Under the pieces are notes generated by a model. It did not search any database, was not told the DNA's origin, and saw only the letters and a program-made list of their open reading frames with translations. This document shows, piece by piece, positions 25,486 through 37,265 of a stretch of DNA of 64,000 nt (its first letter is position 1; every line of letters starts with the position of its first letter). The stretch lies in NCBI RefSeq assembly GCF_006345805.1, contig NC_043004.1, positions 63,178,001 through 63,242,000 of the forward strand, read 5' to 3'. Source of the DNA: Octopus sinensis (taxonomy: Eukaryota). The position numbers and the translations under genes were made by a program.

Positions 25486-26677
25486 CTTCAAGAGAACATA
25501 CATGAAATTTGTGATTGGTTTAATGATGTTTTGAAAGAATTTTGATATTTTTCATTGAATTATACATTTTACAATATATTCTAAGGAACTCCTAATCTAC
25601 GGAAATTCAACTCCATACCTAACAATTTGTTTACATGCATTTTATTCCAGAAACATTTCTTTACCGCAGATATTCTTCCTCCCAAAGCTTTATTTCGGTT
25701 AAAACTGTCTTTATTCTACTTATATATTTTCTCCACAAATTTCATCTTCAAAGCATTGTTTGAATTTATTTAATGACACTGTACACAAAATGTCATCTAA
25801 AATATCAGACGATGCACAATTTGCTCGGTAATGTTAAACTACAATTTAATAAGCCGATAATACTTTACGCAAATATGAACTATAAATTATCGCTGAATAC
25901 TTACACTAGGTAAATGTTGAGTGATGTCACTCTCCCTATAGATTTTACCATTGAAAAAGTTATCATCCATTGGTAAGACCTGCATCTGAAGAGAAAAATA
26001 TTAATCAATGTTTAGAAGAATTTTTTCATTTTACATTCAGTCATATATCATCTATACGATTATAGCAAAATTAAGTCATGTGTAGTAGTAAACAGAAGTG
26101 TGATAAATACACAGCGGAAAGGATGGTACAAATGTGGAAGCTGCCGTATTAATTATATAGTTGAGAAAAGAATATAGAATATTTAATTATAAAGAACATA
26201 AAAAGCAGTAATAATATAAAGAACGTGAATGCGGAAGCCCTTGGCACAAAGAGAGTTGTTTTAAAGTGGCCCTAGGAAAGAGAAGAAAATGTAGCAGGAC
26301 AGTGAATAAAGGTAATGATTATGGATGGAAGAGTTGCCTTCGTGGGTATAAAGTAACTGTGGCTGTCATAGCATTTCAGAAGGATGCTGCCAGACATTTT
26401 CTTAACAGGGGTTCAGAGTGCTAATATTCCGGAGAAGGCGGATGGTTTACTGTAGGTAGACGTAACCCTGAAATACAGCGCATAACCTAGCGGAAAACAC
26501 GAGACAAATGTTTCGTCCACACACACACACACACACATAATGTATATATACGAAAATGAAATGATATTCGTCAAACTAAGACAATGCCACTGTGACAATT
26601 ATTAATACACATTACAAATAACCACGCTCAATAATGAAGCCTGCGGAAATGAATAACATATGAAACAATTGACTTAC

Positions 26678-26800
26678 TTGTGACGTTTGACGACAGAAGT
26701 TCAAAATTTTATCAACTCGATCAGGAGAACCAAACATGAGACCAATAGTTGTAATGGTACGCAATAAAATATATACATTACAATTCAATTTCAGTCGCAA
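26678..26800 (-). CDS. M13 peptidase exon: LRLKLNCNVYILLRTITTIGLMFGSPDRVDKILNFCRQTSQ
   Basis: Acceptor ctttttctttag, donor gtaagt, 123 nt, phase 0 to 0. Resembles 'Y..YM...A.LLG....EVLEFE..LA'. Confidence 0.78.
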
Positions 26801-26925
26801 CTAAAGAAAAAGTATTAAAAATGTCAAGTTAATTAGTCTTGAACATTATTGTGCTTCTTGCATTATTAAATTTGGATTACATACACAACACGCACACAAT
26901 CACAATCGCACACATAAATACGCTG

Positions 26926-26964
<39 letters not shown>

Positions 26965-28049
26965 CATTTATTCCAGTACACTTTTAGTTATCTTCATCAA
27001 TTAACTGTGACTTAGATACGAGGGGCAGGTGAAAGTTAAGAGATGCTTATATACAAGCTGGAGCAAAAATATCCTTCACATTTGGAGTGGGCACTGTGCA
27101 GACTGTAATGAAGGTAGAGAGGCGTAACAGGTCTCATTTGGTGGGCAAAGTCCTACTGTTTCCATTTCCTGTGTTAACTATTATCCTACCTGTAATCTTC
27201 AGAAACCATCTTGTGTTAGATACGTGAACGTTGTGGCTTTGTAGTTCAAGCTTATTATAGCAACCTATGTATAATTACGACGCATTCACCGTTCGGTAGA
27301 CGCTTCGCGATCCGTCCAGGTGTAGCTGTACCAGATTAGTAAACGATTTGTATTTGAATTTCTCACCTTCAAGCAATTGAATCTACATTGAAAAGAAAAT
27401 CCCCTGGAAAACCTACATCGAAAAGAAAAACTCTTGGAGATCTTATTCTTCTGGGGCATTCATCAATTCGGGGAGTCATCTTTGAATTTCAAGCTATTCC
27501 TTATCTAGTTGGTTCATTTCTCCTGCATGTCCACCCACCACAATATTAGGATTCACTGTATAGCTTTCCTGTTCCTCATCCTGAACAGCCCCATTGCCAC
27601 TCCCCTGTTCTTCCTGTCTACCATTCGCCGTGCTTTCAAATTCTACCTCTCTGATTTCTATTCCGACCATCCTTTGTAGCCCAGTCACAGACACTCTCAG
27701 ACTCTCACTAATCCGATATATTTCTAATCCAGTTAAGTAACCCTTCCTCCTAATCACTCTCACTTAGTTCATTAGCTTATTTTCTGACAGAAGACACGTG
27801 TCCTTTTCCGTTCAAAATATCAAGGTACGTTGGCCTCCTCCGCGACTACTTTGTAGATACTAATTTTTTTAAATTTTTGTAGAGATGCTCGTTTGTATAT
27901 CCGATCAGAAAGACGGTAGTGTTTTTGCAACGAAATAATGTTTATATTTTTGAATACTCTGGGAGAAAGGAAAGGAAAGAAAGGAGGGAGTAATAGTTTC
28001 ATATTTTCAGAGAACATTGAAGATATTAAAGTTCTAAAATTCACAATTA

Positions 28050-28098
<49 letters not shown>

Positions 28099-28099
28099 C

Positions 28100-28161
<62 letters not shown>

Positions 28162-28165
28162 ATTA
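28050..28165. repeat. (ATT)n microsatellite
   Basis: Direct reading; source of the poly-Ile ORFs. Confidence 0.97.
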
Positions 28166-28252
28166 ATATTAGCATTATTATTATTTTCAAATAATCACAC
28201 ATATTCAAATCCCCAAATTAGACCATTGACTGATTACAACAACGTAACTTAC

Positions 28253-28449
28253 TCTGATTATTGTATGATTACGCTTTGGGCCGTCCAAAATATAATATTG
28301 CAACCAAGGCAGGTCACCAGTCACACTTATAAGAGTTCGCAAAGTTGTAGCGTGGTCACTTGAATATTTATTTCCTGTAATTATCGGGACACCTCCAAGT
28401 TTCTCCGATAGACCGGACATAAAACTTTTCACAGTTTTCTCTATTGTCA
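28253..28449 (-). CDS. M13 peptidase exon: (V)TIEKTVKSFMSGLSEKLGGVPII...DGPKRNHTIIR
   Basis: Acceptor tattctatttcag, donor gtaagt, 197 nt, phase 1 to 0. LGGVP corresponds to the M13 LGGWP motif. Confidence 0.88.
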
Positions 28450-28764
28450 CTGAAATAGAATATACAAATCATTTTTTACAATCATTACTTCTAGAAAATA
28501 ACAAATAAAAATTCCGTAAAATTTTTATTTGAGTTTCTCTGTCTAATCAATATGAACGTAACTCAAATTAAGTTTCGAGGACGGGAAACACATTAACGGA
28601 ATCTAGCAAAATATCCAAGTATATACACATTTTATAAATGTTGATGCTATATTTAGGTGTTGATACTTCTTTATACCATTTTGCTTATATCATGTATTTG
28701 TGAAAATCAAAATCTAATAATACAGTTCTATATTTAATAATACAGTTTTATATTTAATGCCCAT

Positions 28765-29062
<298 letters not shown>

Positions 29063-29107
29063 TATTTATTATTATTTTATCTTCACATGTATGTGAAAGG
29101 CACACAC

Positions 29108-29191
29108 CTTTGTCCGTACAAGATCTGTAGAAATTTCTAACCATCTTAACTGGCTCGATGGTGGACTCCGTTGTTGGTTCTTCAAGTAAAC
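29108..29191 (-). CDS. M13 peptidase exon: (R)LLEEPTTESTIEPVKMVRNFYRSCTDK
   Basis: Acceptor tttatccaacag, donor gtgtgt, 84 nt, phase 1 to 1. Conserved FYRSC motif. Confidence 0.92.
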
Positions 29192-31041
29192 CTGTTGGAT
29201 AAAACAAAAATATCGTATCTTATAGTGGCAATATAATCTGACCTTGATAAGTTTTATGGCTTATTTTATATACTTATTTATCTGTATGTACATATTGAGC
29301 AATATACAGACCACACCTAGAGAAGCATCCCATTTTATTATGTGGAGTAATACATATACTTATGAATACAAGTCGCTAAATACACTAATTAGTTAATTCA
29401 TATCAATATTAATTAATTTATAAGCTATATTTATTAAAAATTTCTTCAATTATCTAGAATCAAAAATAAGCTTAGGATGCAGAGTTATTTAACTTGAAAT
29501 TACAATTCAATGCATTTGAAGAATGAGTTTCAATTGATTGTTCAAGAAATTATTACTACAAATGTTCATTCCTTAATAATATTAACAGAAATAAGAGCAA
29601 TAGTTTCTGTCAAGGTTTTATACTGTCTTCTACAAATGGCATTGTGTATTTTCAACGATTGAAATTATTGTAAGGCACAAAATAAGGCACAAAAAGAAAA
29701 TGACTCTCCCCAAATACAATAGTTCATCTTTAGTTATCAGAAAAAAAAATCTTTTGAATGTTAATTCTCTTTTTCCCTAAATTGATGTCGGTGCGCATCG
29801 AAGGGAAATGTTTATTTTAGTTATTTTTGTTTGTTTTTGCAATATTTTCTATTTTGTGGTTGATTTGGGTCATGTAAGGGTGTATTAAATGCCGAAGTAC
29901 TTCCAAATTCCTACAAGATTAGGAACATCTACATGGCTAAATTTCATTCTAAATACTAGCAGGGAATAAAAAGAAAGGTAATTTCGTATTGCCGACACAT
30001 TCAGAAGTTCCACCTCGTAATGGTGATCAGTGGAGGAAACAGGGAAAGGGAAAATGTGTGACAAAAGAGTGAAAATCTCGAAAGTGATTGAAGAAACGAA
30101 ACCATATTAGTAGGTTGCATTAAATAAGCTTGATAAAGAACGTGTTGGAGTCTGAGCCATTATTGCCTCAATACTACATTTATATATTATCTATTTGTAT
30201 AAAGCTAAATATAGTCAATTTTCTAAGAGAATGCTCACCGTAATATATATTGTTGCAGTTTCATACAACTTACGAAATACTGCCAAATACTGTTTCCGAT
30301 TTTCTGTATAGAGAATGTGCTGAATGTATGGTCACCGCGATCTTGATTCTTCAAAACCACGACATAAATCTGGTGACCACAAGAACCTTCATATGATGTG
30401 ATCACCATAAAAGAAAAAGCGTGCAATGTTAGCGAAAGAGAAATAGAGCTACAATTCAACTTGTAAATTTGCATCAATGCGGAATGTTGTGAAATATATC
30501 TAAGGTATAAAATGTTTTTCAATCAATTATCTGTGAAATCTGTACTCTGTTACAGAAAAGACATTTTAGAATATAGTATAAAGGATGTAAAAAAAAACAT
30601 AACCAAATACTTATCACTGTATAGATAATTAATGAAACCAAAATTCACTGCGGACTACTTCACTTCTAAAATCTATGCTCATTTTTAGAATACTATTTAT
30701 ACAAAGATATCTACTCTCATATAATTAATACCGATATTTCAGAAACAATTTACAAACTATCAATGATGCTTTTAATTGTCCTAAGCCTGGAATTGACAGC
30801 GTATTCAGAGTATTCTCATGGGTATACTGGTATAGCTGTTGGGATTCAAGCTTTCAGATCACATTCAGTACAAGGTTCCTTCTGTGTATATCAGTTCATA
30901 TATCATTTCTGTCCTGACGTAGAATAAAATTTAGACCTGGATGCTAATGGAAAATTTTATAATTACATAGACAAGCTGAGGTGAAAAAATCCATCGACTG
31001 TATATTTTCAATGAACACAGAACCGTTATAATAATAACGTA

Positions 31042-31471
31042 CAAGGCGGCGAGCTGGCAGAAATGTTAGCGCGCTGGGAGAAATGCTTATCAGCATTTCG
31101 TCTGCCGTTGCGTACTGATTTCAAATTCCGCCAAGGTCGAATTTGCCTTTCATCCTTTCGAGGTTGATGAATTAAGTACCAGTTACGCACTGGAGTCGAT
31201 GTAATCGCCTTAATCCCCTTCCCTGTCCTTGTTTGTCCCCTGTATGTTTAGCCCCTTGTGGGCAATGAAGAAATAAGAAATGTTAGCACCCCGGGTGAAA
31301 CGCGTAACGTTATTTCGTCTGTCCTCATGTTCTGAGTTCAAATTCCGCTGAGGTCGACCTTACCTTTCATCCTTTCGGGGTCAATAAATTAAGTACCAGT
31401 TGCATCCTCAGATCGATAAAATCAACTGGCCCTTTGTCCCAAAATTTCGGGCCTTATGCCTAGCGTAGGAA
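31042..31471 (+). mobile_element. Dimeric SINE family A with 14-bp target-site duplication
   Basis: Two head-to-tail SINE bodies. ATAATAATAACGTA occurs at 31028-31041 and 31472-31485. Confidence 0.85.
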
Positions 31472-31552
31472 ATAATAATAACGTATAATGCATTATCACC
31501 AGTCAGTAGCCACAAATTTTATTGTTAACTTATAATGTAAATTAATACATAC

Positions 31553-31723
31553 GAATAACTTCTTCGTCAGTTGAATCCTGCATTTCTGCTTTCACGCCCA
31601 TTTCTCTTCTGTAGTCCTGTCTTTCCTTATAAGGGTGGGATTCAATATATCCGCCACAAGAGTGTAACCAGAAATCATCACACGGCTTCTTCTTCTCATC
31701 CATATTTCCCAATATACGGTAAA
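31553..31723 (-). CDS. M13 peptidase exon: YRILGNMDEKKKPCDDFWLHSCGGYIESHP...STDEEVI
   Basis: Acceptor ctggcag, donor gtatgt, 171 nt, phase 1 to 1. NMD....PCDDF...CGG is the diagnostic M13 N-domain start. Confidence 0.93.
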
Positions 31724-32393
31724 CTGCCAGATTTCACGGAATTACAAAAGAAGTATTTTATAAAAAATGAATTAGTAACACATGAATGGTTAATGCAACT
31801 GAGAGAATATTAATGTATTTTGTGATGGTAAGAAACTCTCAAAACAGCTCATCAAGTTCAGGTATTCACTGAAGAAACACCAATCATTTACGTGTTTCGG
31901 CTCTTAAATTAGTTACATTCTAAGTAGGCTGATACACATCCAGAATGAGGCTATTTAACTTTCACACTTTCGTGGGTAGATAGCATTAGTTTACCGCTGA
32001 AGTTGATAAATCGTCTTGAATGCTCCTCAAAATTTCAGAACTTATGCTTCTTGAAGAAAAGCTATATTCAGTGTTAACTATCTCTTTCTGATATTGACAT
32101 CTCGAATATGTAGTGAAACCTCAGATTGTACTTATCGTAGTTTAGAAGAATACTTCCTATATAAGAATATTACCGTCACATAAGGTGGATTTTTTTCTTC
32201 ATTTTACATTTATATTACTCTAAGAATTGTAAGATTTCGTCCGTAAAATAGCTTTCTTTTCTATTCCAACTCACACTTATTACTGAATGTTATCCAAGAT
32301 TATAGTTCATAATCCTGATCTGGATGTTAGATTCACAGTACAATGTATTAGATAATTTACTTCTAAACAGAAAATAAAGGTTCTTAGTATAAT

Positions 32394-32968
32394 CGGTTTC
32401 AAATGTTGGCACAAGGCCAGTAAGTTCGCGGGTAAGTCTATGACATTAAACCCAGTGATTAATTGGTATTTATTTTATCGACCCCGAAAGGATGAATGTC
32501 AAAGTCAACCACGGCGGAATTTGACCTCAGAAATCAAAGTCAGACGAAATGCCTATTTCTTTACTATCCGCAAGGTGTTAAACACAGAGAGGAAAAAAAC
32601 AAGGACAGACAGACGGATTAGGTCGATTATATCGACCCCAGAACGTAACTGGTACTTATTTAATCGACCCCGAAAGGACAAAAGCAAAGTCGACCTCGGC
32701 GGAATTTGAACTCAGAACATTAAAACAGACGAAATACCTATTTCTTTACTACCCACCAGGGGCTAAACACAGAGAGGACAAACAAGGACAGACAACCAGA
32801 TTAAGTCGATTATATCAACCCCAGTGCGTAACTGGTACTTATTTAATCGACCCCGAAAGGACGAAAGACAAAGTCGACTTCGGCGGAATTTGAACTCAGA
32901 ACGTAACGGCAGACGAAATACGCCTACGCATTTCGCCCGTCGTGCTAACGTTTCTGCGGGCTCGACGT
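32394..32968 (-). mobile_element. Trimeric SINE family A
   Basis: One head followed by three successive B-box-containing bodies (ATTTCGTCTG..TCAAATTCCGCC..TTTCGGGGTCGAT), about 180 bp apart. Confidence 0.82.
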
Positions 32969-33354
32969 CCGACCTAATAATATTAACATAATAAGCTGTA
33001 TTGGTTTGGTTGGGAAAGTAATTTTTTATATAAAATTCTTTTTCCTATAAATATATCTTTACACGTTTAATTTTTGTAGAAATTATTGTATGCAAGATGC
33101 GGATGCAAGTGAATTTTTCCATATATTTTAGTAACAGTAATGAGAACATTATCAAAAATATTATCCAACTGTAAACTATGTTGTTTATCAGAGTAACTAT
33201 TTTATTTTAATTAAGTATTTCTAGTAGTCTTATATATATTTTTTACACATTCGTTTTAGGTGAAAGTATTTTTTAATAAAAGGTTGCTGTATTGCCTACC
33301 GCCATTCTGGATCAAGCCTTGGGCACTTCTAGAAAGGAAAGCTAATTAACTTAC

Positions 33355-33429
33355 TGTTTCTGCATATTTCCAGATAACTTTTAGAAATTTTTAGGTAATT
33401 CTGTTTGTTTGATATGTTGTGTAAGTATC
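33355..33429 (-). CDS. Candidate stalk exon: (G)YLHNISNKQNYLKISKSYLEICRN
   Basis: Acceptor cctaacgcgctag, donor gtaagt, 75 nt, phase 1 to 1. Places a Cys just before YRILGNMD, as in neprilysin CIKSAARLIQNMD. Confidence 0.45.
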
Positions 33430-33649
33430 CTAGCGCGTTAGGAAAGTGAAATTTTGGTTTCGTCCGTATATCACTTCTTGAGATTATGCAGCTTATTATA
33501 TTGTGTCATGTAACTCTTATTTAGAAAGAGAATTCACATCTTAAAATTTATATGTCAGGCAGTGTCCAGGTATTTGAAGTTGTTGATACATTTTTTATAT
33601 TTTCACGGATAACTCTGAATTATCTTATATGAATTTGCCTTTGGCATAC

Positions 33650-33723
33650 CTTTAACAGATAACTTGGTTGACGTTTGCTGTTCCGTACAAGACTTTCATC
33701 AACTAGATTCAATCTATTTGGCT
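33650..33723 (-). CDS. Candidate stalk exon: (E)PNRLNLVDESLVRNSKRQPSYLLK
   Basis: Acceptor acttttacag, donor gtatgc, 74 nt, phase 1 to 0. In frame only if the next exon uses a weak internal acceptor. Confidence 0.28.
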
Positions 33724-34989
33724 CTGTAAAAGTACTTGTAGTTTTCATTTTGTTTAAAATTTCGAAAATAATGCTCACTCCTATATTATGTGTATTGATA
33801 AATGGAGCTTTATTTTCTGTATGTTTTTCCAAAGCGTTTTCATCCAGTTTTATCCTATTTATAATTTTCATTATTTATTATTTATTAAGTCAATTTCTTT
33901 AGAAATTTATTAAGTCAATTTTGTTAAGAAATTTTTATCTTCATTCAGTCAAATTTGACATATTTGCTGGTCAGCTACTATTGCACAAATAAGTCTTACC
34001 ATACAACACGGAATTTTCCCTCTGATGTGTAAAGGATACAAACAGTAAAAGCTGAAATATTGCTGTCTATTGTTTGTAATATATTGCCGTTGTTAATGTG
34101 GAGTTGTATAGTTGTCAGTGATCATCTAAGAATGGTAACTTATTATGAGTGGTTTCGTTATTGAATTTCACAGACGAATGAAGTGGTCAGAAAGATATTG
34201 AAAAAGTGTAGCTCATCATTTGATTCAATATTACTTGTTTCTACAGATGTTCAAGTGAATATCCAAACAATGGAAGCAAATACATGATTTACTGAGAATT
34301 TTACTTAATCTTTGAAAAATATACTTGAAAAACATGGGAAACATTTATCAAAAAATGAGTTCCTGTGATTAAACAAAGTGGATTACCACTAAATAGTATT
34401 ATTTATAATGTCCTCATTTCTGTTGCTAAATTAGCTGGATGATTTCATTTAAACAACCAACACACACGTGCGCGCACGTGCACACACACACTCACACACA
34501 CACACATACTTACACACACAATATGAATATATAGAGAGGGAGATAAAGAGGCAACTACGTATATTCGTAGATGTATGTGTGTATATATACATATGTCTGT
34601 TTGGGCGTATATATATATGTGTGTGTGCGTCTGTGTGTGCGTGTGTGTGTCCGTATTTGTGAATTCGGGCTACCACTGGTTTCATATTTAAAACAGAATG
34701 AAAATATCCTAGTTTCTTAACAATTTAACGAGAAAGGTCTTCGCTTCGTTCACGGGATGTCTCGTAAATTCGCGTAAATAAAACAAAGATTCCATGAATC
34801 AAGGGACATTACTCTAGTATAGAAGCTTTTGGATGTTTGTCGCACTTGGATTTGTCTTCTGGGTAATTTTTTTTGGTTAAGTTGTTTGTATTGTTTTGCA
34901 TTGTTTTTGCTTTGGGCATGGTGTTCTTCTACTTGCATTTGTTTGGCGTTTGTGTGCTATGTGTGTTCACGTTTAGGAAAGGGGCTATC

Positions 34990-35400
34990 CTATTAGTATC
35001 ACCCTCGTTTAGAGAGGCACTTCTTTGAAATATATGAGTGTAAAATATTGCTTATGTATGCAGGAAGAAAATATTTCATCTCTATTGTATAAGCTGTTAT
35101 CTGTTGTTTGTATAATGTGTAATGTCTCAGTAATACAGAGATCACCTTTGATATCTCTTCCTATATGACCATGTAGATAAATGGTTTCATGCACCTTCAC
35201 TGAGACCAATAATTTTCCATTCTTTCTGGTGGTTGCTCATTCCACCTAATTTTAATGTCCATATCATATGTGATAGCGATGCTGCATGTATTTTGTTTTT
35301 GTCTCTGAATGGCGCAAGGCGTTGTGCATAATTTGCCTTGAACGAATTGTCTATCATTCTACTCTGTTGGAGTCCGTGACCTTGTCCTTGTACACGAGTT
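34990..35400 (-). mobile_element. Penelope-like GIY-YIG C-terminal fragment
   Basis: Frameshifted minus-strand translation includes AASLSHMIWTLK..EWKIIG and DLCITETLHII..LYNRDEIFSSCIHK, typical of the PLE C-terminus. Confidence 0.6.
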
Positions 35401-35405
35401 AAACC

Positions 35406-35436
<31 letters not shown>

Positions 35437-35657
35437 TCAATATAGGGTGCCAAAAAAAATTTTGTAGAATTTTTTTGCCACCAGCGGCCTAGTGGGAAAA
35501 AATTAAATAGTCATAGACCATTTTTAAGTTCAACATCAACAATCAAGGAACGGCCATAATAGGCCATTCACCCACTAGAAATAACAGCCAAAGCTTCAAC
35601 CGCAAATAAAAGTCAATTCCGTAAACAGGAGAAAATTTAAAAAACATTTACCCTGTA

Positions 35658-35764
35658 ATTTCTTATACGGTGCACCGTTTCGTCTGCTGTTTAATGGTAA
35701 ACTAACCTGATTAAATTAAATCAAGCCAATCTTCCATAGGCCCTCAGATTCTTCAGTAAGAAAT
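35658..35764 (-). ncRNA. Type I hammerhead ribozyme, unit 1
   Basis: Minus strand: ATTTCTTA/TAAGAAAT 8-bp stem I, CTGAAGA, extended stem II, GAAA, palindromic stem III ACGGTGCACCGT, GTA triplet. Predicted cut between 35666 and 35665. Confidence 0.8.
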
Positions 35765-36149
35765 AGCCACAAGTCGGAACAGATATTTACACGAGGCATT
35801 TCCGACCCTGCCAAGTTAATATCTGACCTAAAATTTTCAAATCATCGCACTCGCGCCAAATTTATCGGCAGCAAATAAATATAAGCCGTCGATTCCATTA
35901 CGGAATTAACCAGAAAATTCATAATTAATCAATATAGGGTGCCAAAAAAAATTTTGTAGAATTTTTTTGCCACCAGCGGCCTAGTGGGAAAAAATTAAAT
36001 AGTCATAGACCATTTTTAAGTTCAACATCAACAATCAAGGAACGGCCATAATAGGCCATTCACCCACTAGAAATAACAGCCAAAGCTTCAACCGCAAATA
36101 AAAGTCAATTCCGTAAACAGGAGAAAATTTAAAAAACATTTACCCTGTA

Positions 36150-36256
36150 ATTTCTTATACGGTGCACCGTTTCGTCTGCTGTTTAATGGTAAACTAACCT
36201 GATTAAATTAAATCAAGCCAATCTTCCATAGGCCCTCAGATTCTTCAGTAAGAAAT
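36150..36256 (-). ncRNA. Type I hammerhead ribozyme, unit 2
   Basis: Identical motif at +492; predicted cut 36158/36157. Confidence 0.8.
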
Positions 36257-36641
36257 AGCCACAAGTCGGAACAGATATTTACACGAGGCATTTCCGACCC
36301 TGCCAAGTTAATATGTGACCTAAAATTTTCAAATCATCGCACTCGCGCCAAATTTATCGGCAGCAAATAAGTATAAGCCGTCGATTCCATTACGGAATTA
36401 ACCAGAAAATTCATAATTAATCAATATAGGGTGCCAAAAAAAATTTTGTAGAATTTTTTTGCCACCAGCGGCCTAGTGGGAAAAAATTAAATAGTCATAG
36501 ACCATTTTTAAGTTCAACATCAACAATCAAGGAACGGCCATAATAGGCCATTCACCCACTAGAAATAACAGCCAAAGCTTCAACCGCAAATAAAAGTCAA
36601 TTCCGTAAACAGGAGAAAATTTAAAAAACATTTACCCTGTA

Positions 36642-36748
36642 ATTTCTTATACGGTGCACCGTTTCGTCTGCTGTTTAATGGTAAACTAACCTGATTAAAT
36701 TAAATCAAGCCAATCTTCCATAGGCCCTCAGATTCTTCAGTAAGAAAT
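36642..36748 (-). ncRNA. Type I hammerhead ribozyme, unit 3
   Basis: Identical motif at +984; predicted cut 36650/36649. Confidence 0.8.
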
Positions 36749-37133
36749 AGCCACAAGTCGGAACAGATATTTACACGAGGCATTTCCGACCCTGCCAAGT
36801 TAATATGTGACCTAAAATTTTCAAATCATCGCACTCGCGCCAAATTTATCGGCAGCAAATAAATATAAGCCGTCGATTCCATTACGGAATTAACCAGAAA
36901 ATTCATAATTAATCAATATAGGGTGCCAAAAAAAATTTTGTAGAATTTTTTTGCCACCAGCGGCCTAGTGGGAAAAAATTAAATAGTCATAGACCATTTT
37001 TAAGTTCAACATCAACAATCAAGGAACGGCCATAATAGGCCATTCACCCACTAGAAATAACATCCAAAGCTTCAACCGCAAATAAAAGTCAATTCCGTAA
37101 ACAGGAGAAAATTTAAAAAACATTTACCCTGTA

Positions 37134-37240
37134 ATTTCTTATACGGTGCACCGTTTCGTCTGCTGTTTAATGGTAAACTAACCTGATTAAATTAAATCAA
37201 GCCAATCTTCCATAGGCCCTCAGATTCTTCAGTAAGAAAT
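37134..37240 (-). ncRNA. Type I hammerhead ribozyme, unit 4
   Basis: Identical motif at +1476; predicted cut 37142/37141. Confidence 0.8.
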
Positions 37241-37265
37241 AGCCACAAGTCGGAACAGATATTTA

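Larger units (their letters stand above)
35433..37265 (-). repeat. 492-bp tandem array (3.7 units), retrozyme-like, one hammerhead per unit
   Basis: Unit starts (TTAATCAATATAGGG) at 35433, 35925, 36417 and 36909; units differ by 1-2 nt. Bounded on the left by (TA)n 35406-35433. Confidence 0.97.

Noticed and set aside
27829-27958. Strong acceptor followed by a 43-codon open frame
   Set aside because: Phase 2 to 0 in a phase-0 intron; the phase-0 reading hits a stop; no M13 similarity.
31884-31948. Minus-strand hammerhead-like motif (TCATT/AATGA stem, GAAAC-AC-GTA)
   Set aside because: The core reads CTGGATG and stem II does not pair; too decayed to call.
35433-37265. CRISPR array or ordinary satellite interpretation
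   Set aside because: No variable spacers, eukaryotic context, and each unit holds a complete hammerhead fold.
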